Assembly (NCBI GenBank): GCA_965248435.1
Contig: OZ252100.1
Span: 2,720,001 to 2,784,000 of the forward strand
DNA length: 64,000 nucleotides
Direction: 5' to 3'
Source of the DNA: Candidatus Latescibacterota bacterium
Lineage (GTDB): Bacteria; Latescibacterota; UBA2968; GCA-2709665
Under the pieces are notes generated by a model that was given only the letters and a program-made list of their open reading frames with translations, was not told the origin of the DNA and searched no databases. Of the stretch, positions 1-9,043 are shown piece by piece. Every line of letters starts with the position of its first letter. Position 1 is the stretch's first letter. The position numbers were made by a program, and so were the translations under genes.

Positions 1-294
1 GCGGGCGGCAGGCGGGGGCGAGAGGAGACTCGCCAGAAGCGGCTGGAGCAGTTAAGAGGCATCCAAACAGAAATCCGGGTTGATTGGGGCCTGGGTGAAG
101 CTTCGCCGAAAGAAGTGGCCGACCTCCGTGTCGGAGACACGATCGTTCTGGATACCAGAACCGATGACCCCGGCGTCGTATATGTAGGGGGCCAGCCGAT
201 CTTCCTTGCCCGTCCGGGCCTCAGCGCCCGGAACCATTACGCGGTTGAATTGCTCCGTTCGCTGAGTCAAGAGGAGGTAAGAGATCATGTCTGA
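1..294 (+). CDS. fliM: FliM C-terminal (SpoA) domain, 5'-truncated by window edge
   Basis: Not in the ORF track. Frame +1 is open from base 1 and reads ...LRGIQTEIRVDWGLGEASPKEVADLRVGDTIVLDTRTDDPGVVYVGGQPIFLARPGLSARNHYAVELL...HV, stop TGA 292-294. LRVGDTIVL and V.GQPIFLARPG fit the FliM C-terminus. Overlaps the fliN start. Confidence 0.75.
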   Translation, partial: AGGRRGREETRQKRLEQLRGIQTEIRVDWGLGEASPKEVADLRVGDTIVLDTRTDDPGVVYVGGQPIFLARPGLSARNHYAVELLRSLSQEEVRDHV

Positions 295-595
295 GGAAAA
301 GGACAGAGTCAAGACTCGTGAGGTCGATCCGAGCTGGCCCAGGGATCTGGATGCCCGTCTTCAGCGGCTTGGAAAGGCGGGCTTGGAAGTGTCTGTCGTC
401 CTGGGTAGTACGAAGCTGCCCATCGAAGAGATCGTAAACGCAGAGCAGGGCACGCTCTTCGAACTGGACCGGATGAGCGGGCAGCCGATGGACATCCTGG
501 TCAACGGAACGCCGTTCGCGAAGGGAGAAATCGTCATCGTTGGGGACCATTTAGCGGTCCGCATCAATGAGCTTCTCGCGCCCGAAGAGATGTAA
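287..595 (+). CDS. fliN: FliN/FliM-family flagellar motor switch protein (SpoA domain)
   Basis: LEVSVVLGSTKLPIEEIV...GTLFELDRMSGQPMDILVNGTPFAKGEIVIVGDHLAVRINELL is a FliN signature; GAGGAGG RBS upstream. Confidence 0.88.
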   Translation: MSEEKDRVKTREVDPSWPRDLDARLQRLGKAGLEVSVVLGSTKLPIEEIVNAEQGTLFELDRMSGQPMDILVNGTPFAKGEIVIVGDHLAVRINELLAPEEM

Positions 596-606
596 GGAGA
601 ACACCG

Positions 607-1611
607 ATGACCAAAGGAACCGAGACATCTGCCTCAGGTCGAATGCTACAATCAAGCCAGGTTGCAGACATCCCCAAGGGCGCAAAGCCAGCACCCTGGA
701 AGCCCGCTGTCTTGACAGGCCAGCGGACCTACCCACCCCTCGAGATGCAGCTCGCGCAGCACAAAGAGGCTGCTGAGAAAGCGAGGGAGCCTAAACCTGC
801 CCGCGAGCGACAGACGGCGCCTCCTGAGCCTCAGGACGGGGGGCCGATTGCTCCGGATGAGTCGATGGAACAGATCGCCGCGCGCAGGCCAATAGACGTA
901 GCAAGGGCAGTAAGTACGCTGCTGATGCAGGCGGATGGCGAAAGCGCCGGCCTTCCAGCGGACCTGAAAGTTGCGATCCTGATCGTGGGCCTCGGCTCCG
1001 ATCTTTCAGCCGGTGTAATCAAATACCTGGCCGAACCGAAGATATCTCAGATCGCCCGTGCCGTCGCGGAGCTCGAAAGCGTCACCACCCGGCAGAGAGA
1101 CGACGTCTTCGACGAAGTCAAGCATCTGATATCTGGGAATCACCTTCTCCAGGGGGGAACTGCCTTCGCTCGGAACCTACTCGAGAAGGCGCTCGGTGAA
1201 CGGAAGGGACGGGCGATGATGTGGCGGGTGAGCGGAACGACCGAAAGAAAATTCGATTTGTTCCGAAACATCGATCCTGAACAAATCGTGTCCTTCATCG
1301 CGAGGGAACATCCGCAGACGATCGCCCTCATCCTGTCGCAGTTGGATGCGAAACAGGCAGCAGGGGTGCTCAACGGTCTCTCAGAGGAACTTCAGGATGA
1401 CGTGATCCTCCGCATCACCCAGATGGAGACCATTTCTCCCGAGGCGCTCAGTAGACTCGAACAGGGCCTGGCGGAGGACATCCACGCGATTCTGGCGGGT
1501 CAAGTCGAGGTAGGTGGGCAGAAAGCTGCAGCCGAGATTGTAAAGCAGGCGGAAGTCCTGCGCCAAAAAAGAGAGGAATCTCAAAATGCCCACGAAAAGG
1601 AAGGCACCTGA
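607..1611 (+). CDS. fliG: Atypical FliG-like protein: Pro-rich N-terminus, FliF-C-like helix, FliG N and M domains, no FliG C-terminal torque domain
   Basis: KVAILIVGLG...GGTAFARNLLEKALG (FliG-N), FDLFRNIDPEQIVSFIAREHPQTIALILSQL (FliG-M with EHPQ), GGQKAAAEIV, then stop about 20 aa later. AAGGAG RBS upstream. Confidence 0.85.
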   Translation: MTKGTETSASGRMLQSSQVADIPKGAKPAPWKPAVLTGQRTYPPLEMQLAQHKEAAEKAREPKPARERQTAPPEPQDGGPIAPDESMEQIAARRPIDVARAVSTLLMQADGESAGLPADLKVAILIVGLGSDLSAGVIKYLAEPKISQIARAVAELESVTTRQRDDVFDEVKHLISGNHLLQGGTAFARNLLEKALGERKGRAMMWRVSGTTERKFDLFRNIDPEQIVSFIAREHPQTIALILSQLDAKQAAGVLNGLSEELQDDVILRITQMETISPEALSRLEQGLAEDIHAILAGQVEVGGQKAAAEIVKQAEVLRQKREESQNAHEKEGT

Positions 1612-1864
1612 GCCCAGGGCAACGGCGCCCAATCGGGCCGCAGAAGTAGAAATGGACGTGAGCGTGGAACTCGGTCGCGTTCGCGTTCCCCTGGAGCGAC
1701 TCCTGACCTGGAGAGAAGGATCTACACTGGAGCTTTCCAAGGTATCAGGCGATCCAGCCGACGTGCTGGTCAACGGCGAACCGTTTGCCTGGGGCGAAGT
1801 CGTGACCGTTGGTGAAAGTTTTGGCGTTCGGTTAACGAAGATCCTGAACCGGGATGCTGTTTAG
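1586..1864 (+). CDS. fliN: Second FliN-family switch protein
   Basis: VEMDVSVELGRVRVPLERLL...GSTLELSKVSGDPADVLVNGEPFAWGEVVTVGESFGVRLTKIL; own GAGAGGA RBS inside the end of fliG. Confidence 0.88.
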   Translation: MPTKRKAPEPRATAPNRAAEVEMDVSVELGRVRVPLERLLTWREGSTLELSKVSGDPADVLVNGEPFAWGEVVTVGESFGVRLTKILNRDAV

Positions 1865-2218
1865 GTGCTCCAACATCGACAGCATCTCCTCGGCTTCCTG
1901 CCTGTGACCAGCGGCCTCCTGATCGGCGCCTGTCTCGTCTACTGCGCCGTCTGGTGGATCCCCCACCCCATGACGATTGCCGATCCTGACTGCAGCATCA
2001 CCTGCTGGGCCTACTGCGCCACGCAGAGCCCTTTCTGGGGCACCCTGACCGCGGTCCTTGCAGCCGGTCTCTGTTTTGGCGGCATCCTGATCCTCCTACG
2101 CAAAGAATACGGTATTGAGACCAGTCTTGTCCTCGGTATCCTCACCCTGCCCACAGGGCTCCTCGCGGTCGTCCCCTTCGCCTTCAACCGCTGGTCGCTC
2201 AGTCACCGAGAGGCCTGA
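1865..2218 (+). CDS. Small hypothetical membrane protein (about 3 TM segments, Cys-rich loop)
   Basis: GTG start directly after the fliN stop; three hydrophobic stretches; DCSITCWAYC in the loop between the first two. Confidence 0.55.
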   Translation: MLQHRQHLLGFLPVTSGLLIGACLVYCAVWWIPHPMTIADPDCSITCWAYCATQSPFWGTLTAVLAAGLCFGGILILLRKEYGIETSLVLGILTLPTGLLAVVPFAFNRWSLSHREA

Positions 2219-2269
2219 GAGAACCCCGCGTCCGCTCAAGCAAGAATCCCAAAAAGTGATGATGTAATG

Positions 2270-3529
2270 CTATCGGTAGGGTAGCGGCTCTGGGTCCAGC
2301 CATCGACACGCTCTGTCTTTGATCGCCCAGGTCGTGAAGAAGTTTCCCGCTGGAGTGTGGTGTTGATGGCCGATATAGTAACGATCCAGGTAGGTGTCGA
2401 TGTCTGTGTTGAACTGGCTGTACTCTCTAACAAACGCCTCCCGCATATCGATGACTGGAAAATCCCGGTTCTCGAGCCATTCCCGAAAGGACCGGTCGAA
2501 CCTCGGCTTTCCAGCCAGTTCGGCCGCCACATTCCCGCGGCAAAACGAAAGCATGAGCAGAAGCTTCTTGCCGGTTTCCTGAGTCAAGGCTTCGACTCGC
2601 TCCACAACATACCGGGTTGCAAAAAGAGCGGCCTCGGTATGGAGATCAACGATCTGGGCATACAGGTCGCCGTCGGAGCCCTGATCAAGGGACATCCCGA
2701 GGCCAGCGGCTGCAGCTGTGGCCACCTCGTGGAAGGACTTCTGATCTGCTTTTGTGGAGGATTCGGAGGCCTGCATCCTCCGACGCAGGTTTGGAACAGG
2801 TCCGGGGAAGGTGTCAAGATCGACCTCCTCTTCACCCGGCCTGCCCTCCCCCGGCCTGAGGGCTTCGACCTGGGCAACGACCAGCTTCAGCACCGGGTCA
2901 TCCTGGTATGCCTCCCATACAAACTCTGAGTCACAGAGGTCATAAACCGCTTCGGGCGTGCCGCTCGGGTTCTCGACCTCCTCACAGGTGCCCTTGCCGA
3001 GGTCGACCTTCAAGTGCGGGAGCGTAAACCTGGGCACGATGTCCATTCGGATCGATTGCCAGGCGTCCAGGTTGCGGAAATGGTCGTCGTCGAAAATATT
3101 GAGAATGATGTACTCCGCACCTGAATCCATCTCTACCCTGCACATGCGACGATAGGCCTGGTAGACGCTGCACCCCCCAACGCCGTAATTTCGGATGGGC
3201 TCCTGGATGTGTGCAGCGAGGTATTCCTGCCAGGTTTCACCGTCACTGACCTGGTGGCCGTGGGTAAAGCTGTCACCGTAACTGTGGATGCGACACGGTC
3301 GATCCGAAAAATTGACCACGCGCCGTGCTCCGTCCGATTCGTAATTGTAAAACCCTTTCGAACCCTCGATGCTGTTTTCACGCACGCCCGAGGTGTGTAC
3401 CCACCCAAGGTCCGCGTCAAACGCCCTGAAGTCTGACTCTGCCGCTGATCCATTGACGGCAGGCCGCACGAATCGGTCTATCATCTCCCGGCTGGGAACC
3501 AGGGAATCCAAATACGCCTTCCGGTCCAA
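2270..3529 (-). CDS. SGNH/GDSL hydrolase-like protein
   Basis: YGDSFTHG (block I), NYGVGG (block II) and C-terminal HHTPAGN; AAGGAG RBS upstream. Confidence 0.7.
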   Translation of the reverse strand: MDRKAYLDSLVPSREMIDRFVRPAVNGSAAESDFRAFDADLGWVHTSGVRENSIEGSKGFYNYESDGARRVVNFSDRPCRIHSYGDSFTHGHQVSDGETWQEYLAAHIQEPIRNYGVGGCSVYQAYRRMCRVEMDSGAEYIILNIFDDDHFRNLDAWQSIRMDIVPRFTLPHLKVDLGKGTCEEVENPSGTPEAVYDLCDSEFVWEAYQDDPVLKLVVAQVEALRPGEGRPGEEEVDLDTFPGPVPNLRRRMQASESSTKADQKSFHEVATAAAAGLGMSLDQGSDGDLYAQIVDLHTEAALFATRYVVERVEALTQETGKKLLLMLSFCRGNVAAELAGKPRFDRSFREWLENRDFPVIDMREAFVREYSQFNTDIDTYLDRYYIGHQHHTPAGNFFTTWAIKDRACRWLDPEPLPYR

Positions 3530-3643
3530 GCGATCTCCTTAAGATTCAGTATCTCGTATCTCGCCAAATGTATGCCCCGATTGACCTTTCTGTACCCAGT
3601 ACCCGTGTTTTGATTTCCCGGTACCCGGTCTTTCAATCCGAAA

Positions 3644-4768
3644 TCAGATCAGTCTGCCCAGTACCTCGAGAAGTCGTTCCACATCCGCGCTTCCGTTGAA
3701 CGCGTGTGTCGCGATCCGCATCCGTCCGCCATATCCATCACAAAGGACGCGCTGCTCCACCAACCTGTCTTTGAGAGACTCAGCTTCTTCGTAAATGCAA
3801 CATGTATTGCCCGAACGCGCTTCCCGCTTTTGCGGGCTGATCATGGTCAGGCCGAGTCCCTCCAGACCCGCATAGACCTGCTCTGAGAGATCCCTGGCAT
3901 GGCATTCGATCCGTTCCATGCCAATCCCCAGCAGCACCTCGAGGGACTGATCAAGGTACATCACCACCAGCTTGGCCACATTCCCCGGCTCGAGTCGCTC
4001 CGGCATCGGCTTTTCCCCGACCTCGGCCGGGCGCTCCGGCGACTGGAGCGGCCATATGTCCACATTGTGCCAGCCGAAACAGGTCGCGGCTGTCCTGGCT
4101 TCCGCCCGTTCGCTCAGGTAACAGGGGGCGACTCCGTGCGTCGCGAGCATCCACTTATAACTGCTGCTCACGGTCAAGTCGGTCACATCCGCCGGGACGG
4201 TCAACACACCTGAGGCGTGTGTGGCATCCACGGCCAGAAGCACATCGTTCAGGCCTTCCGAAAGCCGCCGCAGGTTCAGGCACTGCCCCGTGTAGAAGCT
4301 GACCTGGCTGACAGCCATCACGCGTGTTCGATGGTCCACAGCCGCGAGAAGGTCCTCTTCGTGAACGATCAGATCCTTGTGCGGCACCATTCTGACCTGC
4401 ACGCCTCGATCCTTCAGCTGTTTCCAGGCATAAACCACGGAGGGAAATTCGAGGTTGGACGTCACGACATTGTCGCCGTCCCGCCAATCCAACCCCCTTG
4501 CCAGCCAGTTCATACCTTCGGCCGCCGAGGGCATGAAGGCGACCCTCTCTGCCGGAACACCCCACAGCTCGCCCATTCGCTGCCGACATCGTGCCACACG
4601 CGCGATAAGCTTATCCCGCCCCTCCCACGAGGCACTCTTCCACTCCTTGAACGACCGATAAACCTCGTCGTGTGCCTTCAACCAGGGCCCCTCGCCGCCG
4701 GAGCCGAGATGCGTCACGCCCTCCAGTCCAACGAATTCGTCGGGTGAAATCAGGGGTTCTATGGTCAC
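3644..4768 (-). CDS. Aminotransferase class V / cysteine desulfurase-like PLP enzyme
   Basis: GDNVVTSNLEFPS, VDATHASG and SSYKWMLA (PLP lysine); C-terminal MRIATHAFN; GAGGA RBS. Confidence 0.88.
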   Translation of the reverse strand: MTIEPLISPDEFVGLEGVTHLGSGGEGPWLKAHDEVYRSFKEWKSASWEGRDKLIARVARCRQRMGELWGVPAERVAFMPSAAEGMNWLARGLDWRDGDNVVTSNLEFPSVVYAWKQLKDRGVQVRMVPHKDLIVHEEDLLAAVDHRTRVMAVSQVSFYTGQCLNLRRLSEGLNDVLLAVDATHASGVLTVPADVTDLTVSSSYKWMLATHGVAPCYLSERAEARTAATCFGWHNVDIWPLQSPERPAEVGEKPMPERLEPGNVAKLVVMYLDQSLEVLLGIGMERIECHARDLSEQVYAGLEGLGLTMISPQKREARSGNTCCIYEEAESLKDRLVEQRVLCDGYGGRMRIATHAFNGSADVERLLEVLGRLI

Positions 4769-4822
4769 GTTAGCAGCTTCCTCTCCTCATTGCTATCTGT
4801 CACGCTACCAGCTTCAAGATTC

Positions 4823-4930
4823 TGGAGTATTGCAGTACTGGAGTGTTGGAGTAATGCAAAACCTTGTCTCTCCAATACTCCATTACTCCATTACTCCATT
4901 GCTCCATTGCTCCATTGCTCCAACACTAGC
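4823..4930. repeat. Intergenic 8-bp tandem repeat in two opposed blocks
   Basis: Four TGGAGTNN-type units at 4823-4854 face six NTRCTCCA units at 4875-4922. Confidence 0.85.
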
Positions 4931-4994
4931 ACTTCGCTGCTCAATCCCTTCGATATTCGACATCCTCTGTTTTGATGAGATACATCGTGTTATT

Positions 4995-6049
4995 TCATCT
5001 ATGAAAAACGTAAAGATCCCTGTTATCCAGAGGCAGTTCCACCCACGCGCCGCCCTGTCTGTGGCTCTCAGCCACCATCAGACACGCCTCGGTGATGTGA
5101 TGTGTCGTTTCCACATCCCCCAAGGTGGGATTTCCTGACTCGTGGGCATTCAGAAGATCCTCCAGGCAGATCACCACGGTACTCTTCGCCTCCGCCGCGG
5201 GCACGTCGGCATCCACCCAGATCGCCCGTTTACCCCCCTGGTTCTCGGCCCTTCGAAGTTGCGTGTTGAACCCATTGTTCATCGACCGGACCGCCCCTTC
5301 CTCTCCGATGACTTCGAACTCCCAGGGCCCCTCCGGAACACTCCACGCCTCAACACCGTTCTCGAAAACGATATCGAAGATCGCATCCGGGTCCGCATCC
5401 AGGCGATTGTTTCTGATCGTTGGAGGTTCAGACTTGTCCCGGGAACGAAGCTCTCCCCGGACAGACACGATCTTCGGATCGTCCAGCAGGTAGGAAATCG
5501 TGTCGATCGAATGGATATGTCCGTGCAGGAGATTCGTTCGGCCGTAATGAACGGCCACCCTTGGCTTGCCGATCTTGCCCGATTCGATAACTTCCCTGAC
5601 GGCCCAGTAGCGCGGGTCGAAACGGCGCAGGACACCGGTGTTGAACAGCGTGCCGTGTTTAATACATTCGTCGCGAACGAAATCGGCCTCTATCTGGAAC
5701 AGGCCATAGCCTTTTCCAGATAGAGCATCGGGACGCCAGCACGAGCCACAGCCACGCCCATCTCCGCGTGGAGGTGTCCCCTTGTACAGACGGCCACCAT
5801 ATCAGGCTTCTCCCTCTCCATCATTTCGACATAATCTTCATAGAGTGCGCTGCTGCCCCACCTTTCACCGAAAACATCTCGTTTTTCCGAATCCGTATCC
5901 GCCCCGGCGATCAACTCAAGCCGATCGCTGAATTTACAGCATGCCGCAATGGAATAGGGTAAGGTGTTTGAAGGGGACCCCTTCAACTCGTCATCGATCG
6001 TGCTCCCCATGCGCCCAAGACCGACGATCGCGACTCGATAGCTCTTCAT
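4995..6049 (-). CDS. Gfo/Idh/MocA family oxidoreductase, frameshifted near 5692 (probable sequence error or recent pseudogene)
   Basis: 5690-6049 has the Rossmann motif VAIVGLGRMG and LEKAMACS. The adjacent frame continues IEADFVRDECIKHGTLFNTGVLRRFD into ORF 4995-5558. Inserting one T (TCC AG ATA to TCC ATG ATA) restores CSMIEAD. Confidence 0.8.
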
Positions 6050-6357
6050 AATTTCTCCCTCCTGAGAATCTCACCCTTGTTCGGAGCGAGCGAAAGCCCT
6101 CGTTTCTCCCCAGGCCCAGAGGCTGAGGGCCTGGCCTCATGCATCATAACTTATTGTATTATCGTAGATTAAATGTATCATCCGCTTCTCGGACCCGGTT
6201 GAACAACCAGCAGATAGCAACCTAACATCTGTCACGAATACAGTCAAGTCGAGGATCATCGGCTCGCGTCGTGTTGGCTTCGCGACACCAGACGCCGGGT
6301 TCCCCGTGGAAATCAATATCGTAATATAGTGGGCTCTGTTGTATCTTTAGGAGGAAC

Positions 6358-7583
6358 TTGAAAACCCACATCGCTGCAACATCGACTCAAAAAGGATGCC
6401 TTTTGGAATCTGAACCTCTGAAACAGTTCATGGAAGAAGGTTTCGTGATGGTCCCTCAGGTCATCCCGCCGGATCGGTTGGAGGATCTGCGAACACAGTA
6501 TGAAATCCTCGTCGATCGCCAGAAGGCCGTCTGGGCAAAAAATCGAAAGCCGGACGATCCCCCCGGCGGCGTGTGGGAATCCAGCAGTCTGCCCCGACTC
6601 AACATAGACAGCGTGGTCGAGCCCGACACTGCAGACACCCTGGAGTTCCTCCTTCACGAAACATCAAGAAGATGAATCGGGCACTGATGGGAACTCCGGA
6701 CATCGTCCCGCAGAGAATGTTCCTCATGTGCAACCCGGTCCAGGACCACGGTCCCAGTACTTGGCACTTCGACATCAACACGGAAGAACAACCTCCGCTC
6801 GGCAGCCTTCACAAAAACCTTGTAGCCAACGGCCCGACCACTGTCCAGTGGAACATCGCCCTTTACGACGACAGTGTCTTCTGGGTGGTCCCCGGAAGCC
6901 ACCGCAGGCCGACGACAGAAGAGGAGAACCGTTGCCTCCTGGAAAGCCTGCGGAAACCTCTACCTACGGGCAAACCGATGGAACTGAAGGCAGGAGACGG
7001 CCTCGTGTATACGAATGCCCTCAATCACTGGGGAAGCAACTACAGCTCGAAGCTCAGGCGGACCCTGCTCGTGGGGTATCGGAGTTTTGGCGGATCTTCC
7101 CTTCCGTTCAATCCCCATTACCGGTGGTGGGATCTTGATTTCACCACCCACCTGTCGCCTCGGGCTCGGAATGCGTTCAAACGGGCCCGCAAGCTCCTTG
7201 AAGACGAGGTCGATCAGATTGCCTCTGTTTACAGGGCGGTCATCGCAAAGGACGAACCTGCCTTCCGAGAGGGTCTGAACGCCCTCCACCCGGCGGAGGA
7301 CGAACAGATCGTCTCCCTGGCCCTCCTGGAAAGACTGGCGAAGAAGGTCCGATTCGATCCAACGGGGACCCGCCAGATCTGGCAGCACGAGAGGATCACC
7401 GAACGACTCACCCCTTCGGAAATCGAGACGCTTTGGCCGCGGTTCGAGGTCTTTGACGAAAAACTCCAATCCGGTAGAGTAGAGTACGCGACCGGCTTCC
7501 ACGGCGAACCTGGAGGGCTCTACCCCTATGACGTGCCTCCCGGTTATCACGTAGAGGACTTCGTCGCGGGTTGGAAGAACTGA
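6358..7583 (+). CDS. Phytanoyl-CoA dioxygenase (PhyH) family Fe/2OG enzyme, frameshifted near 6660
   Basis: QFMEEGFVMVPQVI at the N-terminus; WHFD, WNIALYDDSVFWVVPGSH and LKAGDGLVY...HWG in the second ORF. One extra A in CACGAAACATC gives LLHENIKKMNR and fuses the two ORFs. Start codon uncertain. Confidence 0.8.
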
Positions 7584-7661
7584 ACGGAGAGGCGACGATC
7601 CGTAGAGATCGTGACATCTAGACGTAAATTGCAATGATCAGACATGGTTATATACATAATT

Positions 7662-7687
7662 GGCTCCCGGATTTGGGAGCCTCTTTT
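7662..7687 (+). terminator. Probable intrinsic terminator
   Basis: GGCTCCC-ggattt-GGGAGCC followed by TCTTTT. Confidence 0.55.
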
Positions 7688-7689
7688 GC

Positions 7690-7718
7690 TTGACAACCGG
7701 AACTCGACGCACCATCAT
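7690..7718 (+). promoter_or_regulatory. Putative sigma70 promoter for the kinase/regulator operon
   Basis: TTGACA-N17-CATCAT, about 50 bp upstream of the kinase ATG. Confidence 0.45.
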
Positions 7719-7768
7719 TTCCGTATCGACCGATATCTCCGCACGACTCTTTGAAGGCAGAATTCCAC

Positions 7769-9040
7769 ATGGATGATCTCGAAAACCAGAAAAATCAGCT
7801 CTTCTCGGAGCTGGCTGACTTGCGTAGGCAACTGACCGATCTGAGGGCCGCCGTATCGGATCAGGGAACGATCGAGGAGTCGCTCAGACAGAGCGAGGAT
7901 CGCTACCGGGCAGTTACCGAAAACGCCTTCGCCGGCATCACTATCACCGATCCGGATGAAAATATCACATTCGCCAATCCGGCCGCGGTGAGGATGCTGG
8001 GCTACACAAAAGACGAACTCCTGGGTGTCAACCTCTCGAAGTTGACTGATCCGAATGAATTCTCGAGGTACCGGGAATTTACGAAACAGCGGAAAAGAGG
8101 CGTGGAGAACCAGTATGAAACGCATCTCTACAGGAAGGACGGCGAGCGGATCAGTGTCCTCGTTTCCGTCTCCCCACTCTTGGATCTCCAGGAACGTCTG
8201 GAGGGCATTCTTGCCGTGGCCGTGGACATTACGGACCACAGACGTGCCGAAGAGGAACTTCGGAAGGCGAAAGAGGCTTACACTGAAAGACTCGAAGAAA
8301 TGGTCAGGGAACGAACGCGTGAACTCGAAGAGGCCCAGACGCAGCTGATTCACTCCGAAAAGCTCGCCGCGATGGGTAAGCTGGCAGCCGGTGTGGCTCA
8401 CGAGATTAACAATCCTGCAGGAGTGCTTTTGATGAAGCTGAAGTTCCTGCTATCAACTGCGGAGGAGGCGGGAGTCCCTCAACGAGCGGTTTCGAGCCTG
8501 CAGGTCTCAGTGGATCAGGTCGAGCGCATCCAAAAGATTGTCGAAAGCCTGCTCACGTTCTCGAGACAGCCCGAAGGAATCCCGGTTCCCACGTCCATCA
8601 ACCACGCAGTCGCGACGGCACTGCGGTTGACGGAGCATACCCTGTCCTCCCGCCGCATCGAACCGGAGCTCGACCTGGACCAGAGCCTGCCCGAGGTCTG
8701 TGCGGATCCGGCCGCGCTCGAGCAGGTCGTGATCAACCTGCTCAACAATGCCTCGGATGCCATGCCTGAAGGCGGTCGTCTGAAGGTGAGGACGTGGAAC
8801 GCATCGAAAGATGGGTGGGTTTACCTGTCTGTGGAGGACGATGGCGTGGGCATCCCGTCGGACTACCTGAGCAAGGTATTCGATCCTTTCTTTACGACCA
8901 AGCAGGTGGGAGAGGGAACCGGACTGGGTCTCTCGATAAGCTATGGAATCATAGAGAAGCTCGGAGGTCGGATCGAGGTTCAGAGTACCCCGGAAGAGGG
9001 CTCAACATTTACTGTCAAGCTTCCTGTCAAGAGGGGATAG
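7769..9040 (+). CDS. PAS-domain cytoplasmic sensor histidine kinase (NtrB/AtoS-like)
   Basis: PAS domain (FANPAAVRMLGYTKDELLG...RKDGERISV), H-box LAAGVAHEINNP, N-box NLLNNASDA, DDGVGI, FDPFFTTK and GTGLGL. No TM segment. ATG 7769 preferred over TTG 7751. Confidence 0.93.
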   Translation: MDDLENQKNQLFSELADLRRQLTDLRAAVSDQGTIEESLRQSEDRYRAVTENAFAGITITDPDENITFANPAAVRMLGYTKDELLGVNLSKLTDPNEFSRYREFTKQRKRGVENQYETHLYRKDGERISVLVSVSPLLDLQERLEGILAVAVDITDHRRAEEELRKAKEAYTERLEEMVRERTRELEEAQTQLIHSEKLAAMGKLAAGVAHEINNPAGVLLMKLKFLLSTAEEAGVPQRAVSSLQVSVDQVERIQKIVESLLTFSRQPEGIPVPTSINHAVATALRLTEHTLSSRRIEPELDLDQSLPEVCADPAALEQVVINLLNNASDAMPEGGRLKVRTWNASKDGWVYLSVEDDGVGIPSDYLSKVFDPFFTTKQVGEGTGLGLSISYGIIEKLGGRIEVQSTPEEGSTFTVKLPVKRG

Positions 9041-9043
9041 ATC

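Noticed and set aside
1560-1611. fliG-fliN fusion or hidden FliG-C through a frameshift at the A6 run
   Set aside because: The downstream sequence is FliN-like with its own RBS and ATG and leaves no room for a FliG-C domain. A fusion cannot be fully excluded given indels elsewhere.
4761-5138. ORFs across the octamer repeat (LHYSITPLLHCSIAP)
   Set aside because: Translation of the repeat itself; they also overlap genes on the opposite strand.
5685-6670. Programmed ribosomal frameshifting at the split oxidoreductase and PhyH genes
   Set aside because: No slippery heptamer with stimulatory structure seen; single-base deletion errors are the simpler explanation.
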